64,000 bases of DNA from Candidatus Undinarchaeales archaeon (GTDB lineage Archaea; SpSt-1190; JASMDC01): contig JASMDC010000013.1 in the NCBI GenBank assembly GCA_030753015.1, forward strand, positions 1 to 64,000, read 5' to 3'. Position 1 is the stretch's first letter. Each line of letters opens with the position of its first letter. The translations under genes and the position numbers were made by a program. The notes under the pieces are model-generated. The model saw only the letters and a program-made list of their open reading frames with translations, was not told where the DNA came from and searched no databases. Positions 29,901 through 37,073 of the stretch are shown here, piece after piece.

Positions 29901-32087
29901 CCCCGAGACCGCCGTACGCTCCAGCTCGCGGATGGTGTAGAACCATGGCGGACTGCCCGGAGAGAGCGGCTGCCCTTGCCGGTCGGTCGGTGTCCACGCT
30001 CCCTGCTCGTCGAGCACCTCGATGCCGTCGGTCCCACGGGCTAGGACGGGGCCTCCTGCAACGGTCACGATGACCGGCTCCTCGTCCGGCGCGGTGCACG
30101 TCGTGATCACACCGAAAACGAGGGCCTGGACCTTGGCAGGATCGGGTACCAGCTCGTGTACTATGCGGGATTTGAACGAGCTCTTGTGCGTGGAGTCCAA
30201 TAGGACCCCGGTCGCGCCCCAGAGGGCTGTCTGAAAAGTCGTATCACGCTCCGATCCGCCCACGGCCAATCTCCCGTTGAACGAACAGGCACCCTTCTCC
30301 CTGGCATAGGGTCCGGATTCGCACAGCTGCCGCATCACGTCCAGGATGGCCCGGTCCTGTGGGCCATCATCATCAGCGGCGAGCTGGTTGTGCGGGCACG
30401 CGAGGTAGGAACGGGATGCCAAGTGCACCTTCCATGGAAGCCCGCGCGCACCCTTGGCCTGACGCTGAGTGACCGATGTCCCGTCATCCCCGAGCGACAT
30501 GGAGGCAAGCAGTCCACGGGGGCAGCGTGCCAGCGCCTCCTGATCGAGCGTGCCGTCATCCTTGCGGAAGCTCGGTCCCAGCACCAGCGCCACTCCGATG
30601 TCCACTGAAGCCCCCGTGACGCTATCTCCGCCATCGGTGATCTCGACCTTGCCCCCGTAGCGGTGGGCCATCGACAGGTCATGGGACGAGAATTGCTCCA
30701 GCATCCAACCAGCCGGACCGGCGCCGATGGTACCGGTGTTCCTGTCCAGGGCGCACGAGCGCATGCAGTAGAGACCGAAGAACATCCGAGATGCCGCTTC
30801 CGCCTGTTCCTTCTGTTGAAGACCATAGGAGCGGATCGCTTTCTCTCGCGTTGTATATTCAATTCTTGATACCGCGTCCACACCCGGAGTGTCTGTCAAC
30901 CCTTGTCCTACTGTGGCACCGGCCATTCCCAGATCACGGGTCAAATAGAACCAGGGCATCGCCTCACGCAGCGCGCCCTCCATCACTCCCAGGGCCTCCT
31001 GGGACATCCTGCTCCGGACGATCTGGTGGCCGAGGTTGTTCTCGTAGCAGTCAATGGCGAGGTCGAAGCACGAGGCGCAGGCGTTGTCGTCCTCCAGGAC
31101 ACGTCGCACCTGGTCACGGCACCTGATGAGGGGCGAATGGGAGATGAGCGTCTCCAGCTCAAGTACGTATCGTCCCAGGAGGTCGGCCATGAGCCGTGTC
31201 TTCTCGGCGTAGCATTTCCGTCGTCGCTCGGTCGCAAGGCCTTCGCACTTGCCCACGTGTATGGACACTCGGGGATCCATCAAACGCAGCATGCCTATGG
31301 CGTCTACTGACCGTGCGGCCGTGAATACGACCTCCTTCGCGCAGTGAGCGGTATCACAGGTCGTGGGGTACTGGGGACAGCTACAATCCTCGGCATTATC
31401 GGCGCACGCATCGCACTCTTGGCACCTGCGGGCGAGCGAACCGTCATGCCAGATCAGGTCCTTGGCACGCCGTGCGGTCCATTCCGCGACATCGAGGTCC
31501 CCGAACGCTGTGTCGAAGCCCTTCGTGAATATGTCATATCTGGTAACCTTGAAGTCGCAGAGGTTCTCTGCAGGCGTGAGTTCGGTGACCGCAGTGAACT
31601 CGTCCTTCAGGTACTCGGCCCGCAGCATTTCACCAAGACAGACGGGCACTCCATAAAGAGGCGTGCTCTCTGTGAAGGACCATTCGGCGCAGAACCGTCG
31701 GCCGTCCGGATCGAGGATATCACCTGCGTCGCACACGAGCACGACATAGGCACGGTCCACGTCATCATACGCTAGCTCGTCGATGGTCACGAACGATGGG
31801 ACCACGTCCATATCGAGCCCGAGGGCTTCGGATAGGATGAGGCCGCTCTCCTTGTCGTCCCCTTCCGGAAGGAGCCCGTCCGGGAGTACGAGGACACCGC
31901 CCCGCGCCACCTCCTTCATAATGTGGGCTGCGGTGTCGGCCGTCAGCTTCCTTCCAGAGAGGGCCTGTCGCCGCAGGTCTTGGCAGCTCGCCCCATCAGC
32001 GAGGGCAGGCAAGGTGACGAGAAAGACTATGAGAAGGAGTCCGAAGGCTCGTGGAACAAGACATCTCGGAACAATTTCCCCCCCCAT
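23976..32087 (-). CDS. Giant secreted Cys-rich protein (2,703 aa) with ~595-aa Cys-free insert (module 2, gene 1)
   Basis: Signal peptide (AFGLLLIVFLVTLPALA); collinear conserved blocks with 8357-16735; shared Cys-rich C-terminus (CTGxAC...CxCPxGxxPxIxE...CC). Confidence 0.85.
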   Translation of the reverse strand: MGGEIVPRCLVPRAFGLLLIVFLVTLPALADGASCQDLRRQALSGRKLTADTAAHIMKEVARGGVLVLPDGLLPEGDDKESGLILSEALGLDMDVVPSFVTIDELAYDDVDRAYVVLVCDAGDILDPDGRRFCAEWSFTESTPLYGVPVCLGEMLRAEYLKDEFTAVTELTPAENLCDFKVTRYDIFTKGFDTAFGDLDVAEWTARRAKDLIWHDGSLARRCQECDACADNAEDCSCPQYPTTCDTAHCAKEVVFTAARSVDAIGMLRLMDPRVSIHVGKCEGLATERRRKCYAEKTRLMADLLGRYVLELETLISHSPLIRCRDQVRRVLEDDNACASCFDLAIDCYENNLGHQIVRSRMSQEALGVMEGALREAMPWFYLTRDLGMAGATVGQGLTDTPGVDAVSRIEYTTREKAIRSYGLQQKEQAEAASRMFFGLYCMRSCALDRNTGTIGAGPAGWMLEQFSSHDLSMAHRYGGKVEITDGGDSVTGASVDIGVALVLGPSFRKDDGTLDQEALARCPRGLLASMSLGDDGTSVTQRQAKGARGLPWKVHLASRSYLACPHNQLAADDDGPQDRAILDVMRQLCESGPYAREKGACSFNGRLAVGGSERDTTFQTALWGATGVLLDSTHKSSFKSRIVHELVPDPAKVQALVFGVITTCTAPDEEPVIVTVAGGPVLARGTDGIEVLDEQGAWTPTDRQGQPLSPGSPPWFYTIRELERTAVSGRGTSIIEHVENEGTTYPVVSDLVGAGEEQVNPYFRELDPALMADLLYHQSDQALPGVDDGYCMHLYTGGYSKSGTGELLGHGASLLYTAGAASAVAEITGHGKLATEAGTDAAQYLARSPYYLPMRINTKVGGAGSYLLTHYAPKVATRLGMEVTEGAATAGANSVRRAAKELAEEAGGEAGEFAVKVTAGETARSALDTARLILAEPADDVQRELAERMGRGLDDMMRRGMEAPPRYTFRSPSTLVPEIWDNGAFTVPKQGGWFKFTDDALRHLDALDGDGWATVAERLHTIGFSVDQATALMAGMNARMPKRLPLGSRELGIDIGRTIGKGLSELNVEKVAIEMTEGLGKILARPVTGTGKRTKYLLLREGFDAIGPEGQLLLKERIGDEAFKQARAAFAKGAKEAGPFAGDPATLSRKMLDAQVEFFSRKYPPGMVSRASALKGVANNMDLRHLVSRFSDGKTLRAATYSYLDELLPSIDTGAIYAKHLNKEFMARGGKTLTPEAFEEATAAAHSQFQREMVDGLNAILLEAHIKRTGRRIALRFGITERAAIDMLGSVGFIGPIREALERVFSREALSGGQPAARDLVLEAIEKVNAQALDGGLDVMGKATSLTATEVLQDMGLAIGTATGMTKHALRQRALHYSAWRGIARQSLNKGYGLDWTQPLFSYSADLWRLAPEGGAVGARFRDRERATLPLAVAGVCDAEGNDAVHITPRCGEGADRAVCDGEWVPVSPDDELGKLQDAAMRSPKPCRDGDPEEECLDDVLRVLPDGRCVSFHHESEVSRLEYLDGYLRARRALLSRVRDDLLALRNVLEQQCGRCLADVRVLGATYGGCTSTDQDAPPLIGNAIADHDEAGLSVYFADGLSYASAAALCTATCTQWEGFDVEACPLVTRVGTCMTEGDSVAPGAPGTEPAPSAEGIATCVRDVLRTKRACTLRGLRVFTSNVTWNGAPTAELGANLRTIIMEEGTDNPCGSIERLDEMDTFLDAYLTTLQGMDAGWERMQEASRCIANAPYPDMDPCACVPFPESGQGNDDAYRALVALWKPRHDACVAFENGEVAAKLFEAAAHADTSDLILDDFSLLLEQLVIAARGDLEPGAADLLRDLYRDMPADAVSEDAVAPVGMLWDIAHDIVVEADQQIPFMLSPKYDEGVLATLLDGECQCTGGDDTGCFQGIHERGAPACTAEGELDEQCLGDRIADALRDRPLATANGAVFGDEGVGIVPGSCTFACGNPTTGPNEQGTFPACVRCPDEIWSVNPVDCDVEHPYPFDTLADRTAFIINASYPGPIPMVCSLKAADRGREIARRTLLQATIASIASLDVRRIFPDPECFDIEGGGLDPYERVHEAVSCQDACSMFRSPGGVPGSLYGYCRASVSADGTVAGECHCAWDDDPVGVHTGRPCPLPQGAAVYRALQTYCRDEYGCRGFTNAFNAQEGRFACLCNGMGPLDVDLADAVRDELSDLRVVSTIFEVEGEPVGPDGPHRAFFDEEVVGCAELENTGMGQFRGTVTSALVDRRGLVEGEEAVDEVILSSGDTVVVCTTPTTVSDSLLGSGGAATLALRMSAMTGERSVLEERILGTPLRVAFGQPGLDEARMEGDVSEGATTVGARVYPVAVLRNNRNSPLDAMVTVAVVDERGRAITTDAIPVAGVPPGESFTVEGEGHDVRVEDVGKRIRAKVTVVNDFGVPVLDETGGPGIRVVAPTLIATDVSFVDETESLRAASIGPCDLVSVNVVLENPTTASFSGTVEVGLLHERSGTVLGLTRTHITVDAGGGDVLLSSNNVRPQRQGTFRAHIRAVGGDDIPWRLVPGPAARTRLNVPADHPCEGAPVEDAWEDDGDLEVPEGTIEASTFADLKDAPAWVPEGEVAEEGTQEGVPDTSVPDEAPVDVTCPDDPPSNRYDLVYCTGSACMTREDMNGGRYMRIEGCFCPTGITPRIEETVHGSKLSAETATCCVPCHASRAG

Positions 32088-32113
32088 TTAATCTACATTG
32101 GATAGGAGCAGAA

Positions 32114-33082
32114 TTAAGAGTCTTTGCTACGGACCGGACGAGGCCACATCCCGGCCACACCGCCGTGCTTCAGGTCCACCACAGGCGCCTCTTGTCCCCC
32201 GAGTCCCACACGCAGCACACCTGAGCCATCGGTCTCGCCGACCACGGCAGTGGTGAAAGGCCCGTCCAGAGCCCTGATGAGCTCATCCGGCCGGTCCGTG
32301 GTGAACACGAATCCCCGTGCCGGATAGACGAGCGACCAGCGATCAACCAGTACGCTATCGGGACGGGGGATTCGGTCCGCGTGGACGATGCCGCCCACGG
32401 TGCTTGTCTCAAAGAGCATCCCGAGCGTACCGATGATTCCCGGATTGCTCGCGTCCTTGCCCGCCGTCGCTAGGTGCCGTTTTGCTACCTCGCGTATGGC
32501 ATCATGTGCTTCCCTGTACCGTTCCGGCCCCTCATTATCAGGGGGCCGCCACGCGAGAGGCCAGCGCGGATGGGCCTCTCCCGTCAGGTCCACGGCGACC
32601 ACGATGGCGTCACCAGGTGACGCGCCACTTGAAGTGAGAAGGGCGTCACGGGGCACGGTCCCTAGCGCTGTGGCGCTCACGCCGGTCCGCGGTGCGTCTG
32701 GATGGATATGCCCACCGACCACGGGGACACCGAGCAGGTCTGCACCCTCTTGGAGCCCCGCGAGCACGCTGGGAAGGTCGTCATCATGAGCCGACACTAC
32801 ATTGACGATGGCGAGGGGAGTCCCCCCCATGGCGACTATATCGTTTACGTTCACGAGCACGGCGCACCGCCCTGCGAACCGAGGATCGGCCTCCACAAGA
32901 TCAGCGATGATACCGTCCGCTGCAAGGAGCAGGAGCTCATCACCGCCACGGTCGATGACGGCCGCGTCCTCACCCCAGCTCGAGGGGGGTACGCCGAGGG
33001 TCTTGCAGGCCTCTCCCAGGGGCGATTTCCGAACGAAGCCACGGTGCTCCCTGACGGCACTGGCGAGGGCACGGGCGTCCAT
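32114..33082 (-). CDS. AIR synthase/PurM-superfamily protein (methanogenesis marker 2 / sll0787-like)
   Basis: Start re-assigned to ATG 33082 (MDARAL); GEDAAVI, VLVNVNDIVAMGGTP, VVGGHIHP, GKDASNPGIIGTLGML. Confidence 0.85.
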   Translation of the reverse strand: MDARALASAVREHRGFVRKSPLGEACKTLGVPPSSWGEDAAVIDRGGDELLLLAADGIIADLVEADPRFAGRCAVLVNVNDIVAMGGTPLAIVNVVSAHDDDLPSVLAGLQEGADLLGVPVVGGHIHPDAPRTGVSATALGTVPRDALLTSSGASPGDAIVVAVDLTGEAHPRWPLAWRPPDNEGPERYREAHDAIREVAKRHLATAGKDASNPGIIGTLGMLFETSTVGGIVHADRIPRPDSVLVDRWSLVYPARGFVFTTDRPDELIRALDGPFTTAVVGETDGSGVLRVGLGGQEAPVVDLKHGGVAGMWPRPVRSKDS

Positions 33083-33218
33083 GACGTGGGTGGGCCCGTT
33101 CGGTTTTAAGAGTGTTTGCCCCAGCACTCCACCTGACAGATACGATGTATCGTCATCACAGAGTAGAAAGCATAAGGTTTTTATTGGCCATCCTCGGAAG
33201 AAAGCTCGTGATGTGCCC

Positions 33219-33710
33219 ATGAAGATCGACAGCCTTGACGTTTCTATCCTGCGCCATCTCCAGAATGACGCACGGACCTCTTTCAATGCGATCGCCAAGG
33301 CCTGCGATACGACCACCGATACGGTGAGCAAGCGTTTCAAACGCATGGTCCGTGACGGACTGGTGCGCAAGACCACCATCATCAAGGATCCCCGCCGGTT
33401 CGGCCAGGACTGCATCGCCATCTTCGGCATCTCCGTGGGGAGGCCGGTGACCGATACCACCCTGGAGCATCTCCAGCGGGTTCCGGGCGTGCTCTTCTGT
33501 AGCCACAGCTTCGGAGCGCACGACATCATCGGTATCGTCGTAATGGACTCGATCGACCACTTGGGGAGCATCCAGGAGCGTATCCGGGACATCCCCTCGA
33601 TCAAGGACCTCCACATCAGCATCTTCGTGGGAGACTACCGGCTATGCCCGCACAACCTGGAGTTCGACGTTGAGGGCAGCTGTTGGGAGACCAAGAGGGG
33701 TGAAGCCTGA
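33219..33710 (+). CDS. Lrp/AsnC family transcriptional regulator
   Basis: MKIDSLDVSILRHLQNDARTSFNAIAK HTH; GAHDI in RAM domain; start re-assigned to ATG 33219. Confidence 0.9.
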   Translation: MKIDSLDVSILRHLQNDARTSFNAIAKACDTTTDTVSKRFKRMVRDGLVRKTTIIKDPRRFGQDCIAIFGISVGRPVTDTTLEHLQRVPGVLFCSHSFGAHDIIGIVVMDSIDHLGSIQERIRDIPSIKDLHISIFVGDYRLCPHNLEFDVEGSCWETKRGEA

Positions 33711-34165
33711 TGGCCGGCGACATGGACGAGATCGATCACGGCATCATCATGCGGCTCGAGAACGATGCACGGACGCCATTCTCGGCCATCGCCAAGGAGC
33801 TGGGCACATCGGTCGATACCATCCGCAACCGATTCCGCAAGCTCCAGCGCCTGGGTATCGTCCGCGGCTCGACAGCGGTCATCCGGCCGGAGAAGCTCGG
33901 GTACGAGGTCATCGTGTTCTTCGGCGTCACCGTGCGACTCGGATCCCACGAGGAGCTCTTGGACAAGATCATCAAGATCCCGTCCATCTTAGTGGCCACA
34001 CAGACAGTGGGACCCCACGACGTGATGGCCATCGGAGCCGCGAAGAGCTTCGCCCACCTGGACAGGATCGTACAAGCCATCCGCAGCCTCCCGCAGGTGT
34101 CCGGTATCGACATGACCTTCAGCATGGGGCCCATGGAGCTCCACTCCCAGTACTTCCTGTTCTAG
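33710..34165 (+). CDS. Lrp/AsnC family transcriptional regulator (tandem paralog)
   Basis: MDEIDHGIIMRLENDARTPFSAIAKELG...TVGPHDV; TGATG overlap with the upstream gene. Confidence 0.92.
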   Translation: MAGDMDEIDHGIIMRLENDARTPFSAIAKELGTSVDTIRNRFRKLQRLGIVRGSTAVIRPEKLGYEVIVFFGVTVRLGSHEELLDKIIKIPSILVATQTVGPHDVMAIGAAKSFAHLDRIVQAIRSLPQVSGIDMTFSMGPMELHSQYFLF

Positions 34166-34228
34166 CTGGAGCATCCCGGCCGACAGGTATTTATCCGAGC
34201 ACGGGCTCTTTGCTGTTAAGGGAGCATC

Positions 34229-34810
34229 GTGAGACGCGTTCCGTCAGGGAGAAGGGGTCAGACCCAACCAGTCATTCTCGTGCTCGTCATCGGCCTCATC
34301 GTGGCGGGGTACGTCGGTAGTGATCTCATCGAGATGGTCGGAGAGGGTCTCCACTCGTTCTGGAAGAGCTTTACAGGAGAAAAGCAGGCCCTGGAAACCC
34401 GGATTGAAGTAATCACCGTATACGGCTCCACTGACGTGACGGGCCCTCGTGCCAATCCGTACTGTGTGGCCAGCTGTTCGCCCGATGATGCGAGCCTCAG
34501 GCTCGTGCTCAAGGTGAAGAACACCGGTGAACACGACATCAAGCGAGGCCAGTACGATGAGCTCAAGGTCTACATGGGCGGCGTGCCGCTGGACAACGAC
34601 ACCGGCTACCGCCTCGACCACACCGTGGACCTCGGTAAGCGGGATGGCATGATGGATATCCCTCTCAACGTCACCTGTGCACAGGTGGGTGCCTCTACTG
34701 GATCGTCTGTGACGTTCGAGGTCAGACCGCCGAAGGGACAGGTAGGATCGATCGAGGTAGGGTGTGCCGAGTGCTGTGGTGAGCACACGACCTGCCTGAC
34801 GGCCTGCTGA
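34229..34810 (+). CDS. Small type IV pilin-like protein
   Basis: SGRRG|QTQPVILVLVIGLIVAGYV class III signal; VKNTG strand; Cys-rich tail. Confidence 0.7.
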   Translation: MRRVPSGRRGQTQPVILVLVIGLIVAGYVGSDLIEMVGEGLHSFWKSFTGEKQALETRIEVITVYGSTDVTGPRANPYCVASCSPDDASLRLVLKVKNTGEHDIKRGQYDELKVYMGGVPLDNDTGYRLDHTVDLGKRDGMMDIPLNVTCAQVGASTGSSVTFEVRPPKGQVGSIEVGCAECCGEHTTCLTAC

Positions 34811-34863
34811 AGGCCGGGACCACCCCATTAATTACTTAAGCCTGGGCCAGGAAGGCGTCAGTC

Positions 34864-36267
34864 ATGTCCGACCGGTACGATATCGTGGTCATCGGCGGCG
34901 GCCCCGGCGGCTACTCAGCTGCCATCAGGGCGGCCCACCAGGACCTTTCCGTCGCCATCGTCGAGGAGGACAGGCTTGGAGGCACCTGCCTGAACCGCGG
35001 TTGTATACCGACCAAGGCGCTGATCGCCTCGAGCTCGCGCTTCGCCTCCCTCGCCACGCTAGAAGAGCACGGTATCTCGGTCAAGAGCCAGTCCTTCTCC
35101 TACGGTGCGATGGCCTCCCGGAAGGACCGTGTGGTCGAAGCGATAGTATCCTCCCTGGAGAAGCTCGTAGCAGGTAACGGTATCACTGTGGTCACGGGCC
35201 GCGGACGGATCGTCGACGGTGGCACCGCGGTGGAAGTGGCCCTCACTGACGGTGGGACACAAAGGCTCGAGGCGGGGACGCTCATCATCGCCACCGGCTC
35301 ACGGACCGCTTGCTTGCCCTTCATTACTCCGGACCATGAACACATCCTCTTCTCGGACGATCTCCTGAAGCTCACCGAGCTGCCAGCGAGCCTTACCATC
35401 ATCGGTGGGGGCGTCATCGGGTGCGAGTGGGCCTCGATCCTCGCTGACCTGGGGTGCAATGTGACCATCGTCGAGCTTATGCCCACTCTGCTCCCCGGCA
35501 TGGACAGGATGGCCGCGAACCTGGTGAAGCGGAGCCTGAAGAGCAAGGGCGTCACCATCAATACCAAGGTCTGCGTGACCGGTGTGAGCGTTGACGGGAA
35601 CTATACCGTGACGACGCTCGAGTCCGGTGAGGATGTACGCTCGGAACGGACCCTCGTGTGTGTTGGCCGGTCCTGCAACACCGAGGACCTCGGTCTGGAG
35701 GAGGCCGGTGTGGAGCTAGAGAAGGGACACATTGTCGTGGACAGGTTCCTACGGACAGATAACGACCACATCTTCGCCGTGGGCGATGTAGTGGGAGGGC
35801 TCATGCTCGCCCACAAGGCAAGCTGGGAGGGGGAGGTGGCCGTCCACAACATACTCCACCCTGATGAGATGGTCGACGCCACCGACGCGCTCATCCCTTC
35901 GGTGGTGTTCACGAGCCCGGAGATCGCCATGTTCGGTAGGACCGAGAACGAACTCAAGGCAGAGGACATCGCCTTCCGGGCAGGGAGGTTCTCCTTCGCT
36001 GCCAACGGCAAGTCCTTGTGCTCAGGAGAGTCGGACGGTTTCGTCAAGGTCCTCGTGGGCGAGGACGGATGCATCCTCGGCGCCATCATCGTGGGCCCGG
36101 ACGCATCGTCCCTCATCCCGTCGCTGCTCGTCCCGACCGTCACGGGTGTGACCGTGGAGCTGATCTCCGATGTCGTGTTCCCCCACCCCACTCTCGGCGA
36201 GGCAGTGAAGGAGGCAGTGGACGACGCCCAAGGGAGGGCGCTGCACAAGACTGCCCCGAAGCGGTGA
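34864..36267 (+). CDS. lpdA: Dihydrolipoyl dehydrogenase
   Basis: GGGPGGY, GGTCLNRGCIPTK redox disulfide, GGGVIG, HPTLGE. Confidence 0.95.
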   Translation: MSDRYDIVVIGGGPGGYSAAIRAAHQDLSVAIVEEDRLGGTCLNRGCIPTKALIASSSRFASLATLEEHGISVKSQSFSYGAMASRKDRVVEAIVSSLEKLVAGNGITVVTGRGRIVDGGTAVEVALTDGGTQRLEAGTLIIATGSRTACLPFITPDHEHILFSDDLLKLTELPASLTIIGGGVIGCEWASILADLGCNVTIVELMPTLLPGMDRMAANLVKRSLKSKGVTINTKVCVTGVSVDGNYTVTTLESGEDVRSERTLVCVGRSCNTEDLGLEEAGVELEKGHIVVDRFLRTDNDHIFAVGDVVGGLMLAHKASWEGEVAVHNILHPDEMVDATDALIPSVVFTSPEIAMFGRTENELKAEDIAFRAGRFSFAANGKSLCSGESDGFVKVLVGEDGCILGAIIVGPDASSLIPSLLVPTVTGVTVELISDVVFPHPTLGEAVKEAVDDAQGRALHKTAPKR

Positions 36268-36275
36268 CAATACCT

Positions 36276-36690
36276 GTGAACTACCCCTCTCCAAGTGGAG
36301 GGGCTTCCCGCTTCGACGCTGTTTCCAGCTCCACGGGCGCATCGGGTGGTCCCCACCCTGATCTATCCTGAATGTTGATCGCAGCGTTCAGGTCGCGGTC
36401 TATTGTCAGCCCGAGGGTGATCCGGCCCAGACTATCGATGGAAACGTTCAGATCTCCTTCCATTACCAGACTGGGTCGAGGCATCTGCACGTGCACGAGG
36501 ACCTCCCTCAGAGCGCACCATGCTATGGGCATCCATCACCCTGCCCCTGGAAGACCACGACCCCGACCGATCAGCCAGCATTCTCATCTTTGCTCATCGT
36601 TGGCCGGTTTTAGGTCTCCAGGACGCGACTGTTATCGCCTCTGGTCAATGATTGTCCTTGGTGGTCACCCCTATAGGTATTAGGCCGTTC
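36276..36690 (-). mobile_element. Degenerate IS200/IS605 (IS1341-like) tnpB remnant with intact right end
   Basis: TnpB C-terminal motif GLTIDRDLNAAINI; possible RuvC-II relic LVMEGDLNV; right end GAAGCCCCTCCACTTGGAGAGGGGTAGTTCAC (hairpin plus terminal TCAC at 36276). Left boundary approximate. Confidence 0.75.
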
Positions 36691-36876
36691 ATCATTATAT
36701 CCCAAAGGGAGGTGGCGTGCCGGTACTCGTCCGGAAAGTAACTTTCGGGTCCGTCCCCCCCACGCCCCATCGGAAGGGGATTTCCCGCCAAAATAAATAA
36801 AGAGTTAAATCTTGGGAACGCTCAACCTGCGGTGCTGCTCGCAGGACGCCTTCCCAAGGCGTGAGGGCGGCGGTTC

Positions 36877-36978
36877 GGGCTCGTAGCTCAGCCGGTTAGA
36901 GCGCCGGTCTTATATGGCCTGTGCTCATACACAGCCTAGGACAGCCGGAGGTCAGGGGTTCAAGCCCCCTCGGGCCCA
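36877..36978 (+). tRNA. tRNA-Ile(UAU) with 28-nt intron (36915-36942) at position 37/38
   Basis: Acceptor GGGCTCG/CGGGCCC+A; D arm GCTC/GAGC; anticodon stem CCGGT/GCCGG with CT-TAT-A; T arm AGGGG-TTCAAGC-CCCCT; bulge-helix-bulge (helix CUUA/UAGG, bulges UAU and ACA). Confidence 0.9.
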
Positions 36979-37073
36979 TGGGGGAGGTCGTTGGGCCTCC
37001 CCCGATAACTTTGTCGTCCTGCTCGAGCTGCGGTCATTATATATCCTATAACTGATTAAGAATTAGGGGGACG

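Noticed and set aside
33083-33622. Long N-terminal extensions of ORFs 32114-33622, 32802-33710 and 54473-55366
   Set aside because: They overlap genuine opposite-strand genes; family motifs start at the downstream ATGs.
36877-36978. Calling this gene tRNA-Met or Ile2(CAU) from the internal CTCATA
   Set aside because: The only canonical BHB gives the 37/38 intron and a UAU anticodon; the CAU loop is 6 nt and lies in the excised part.
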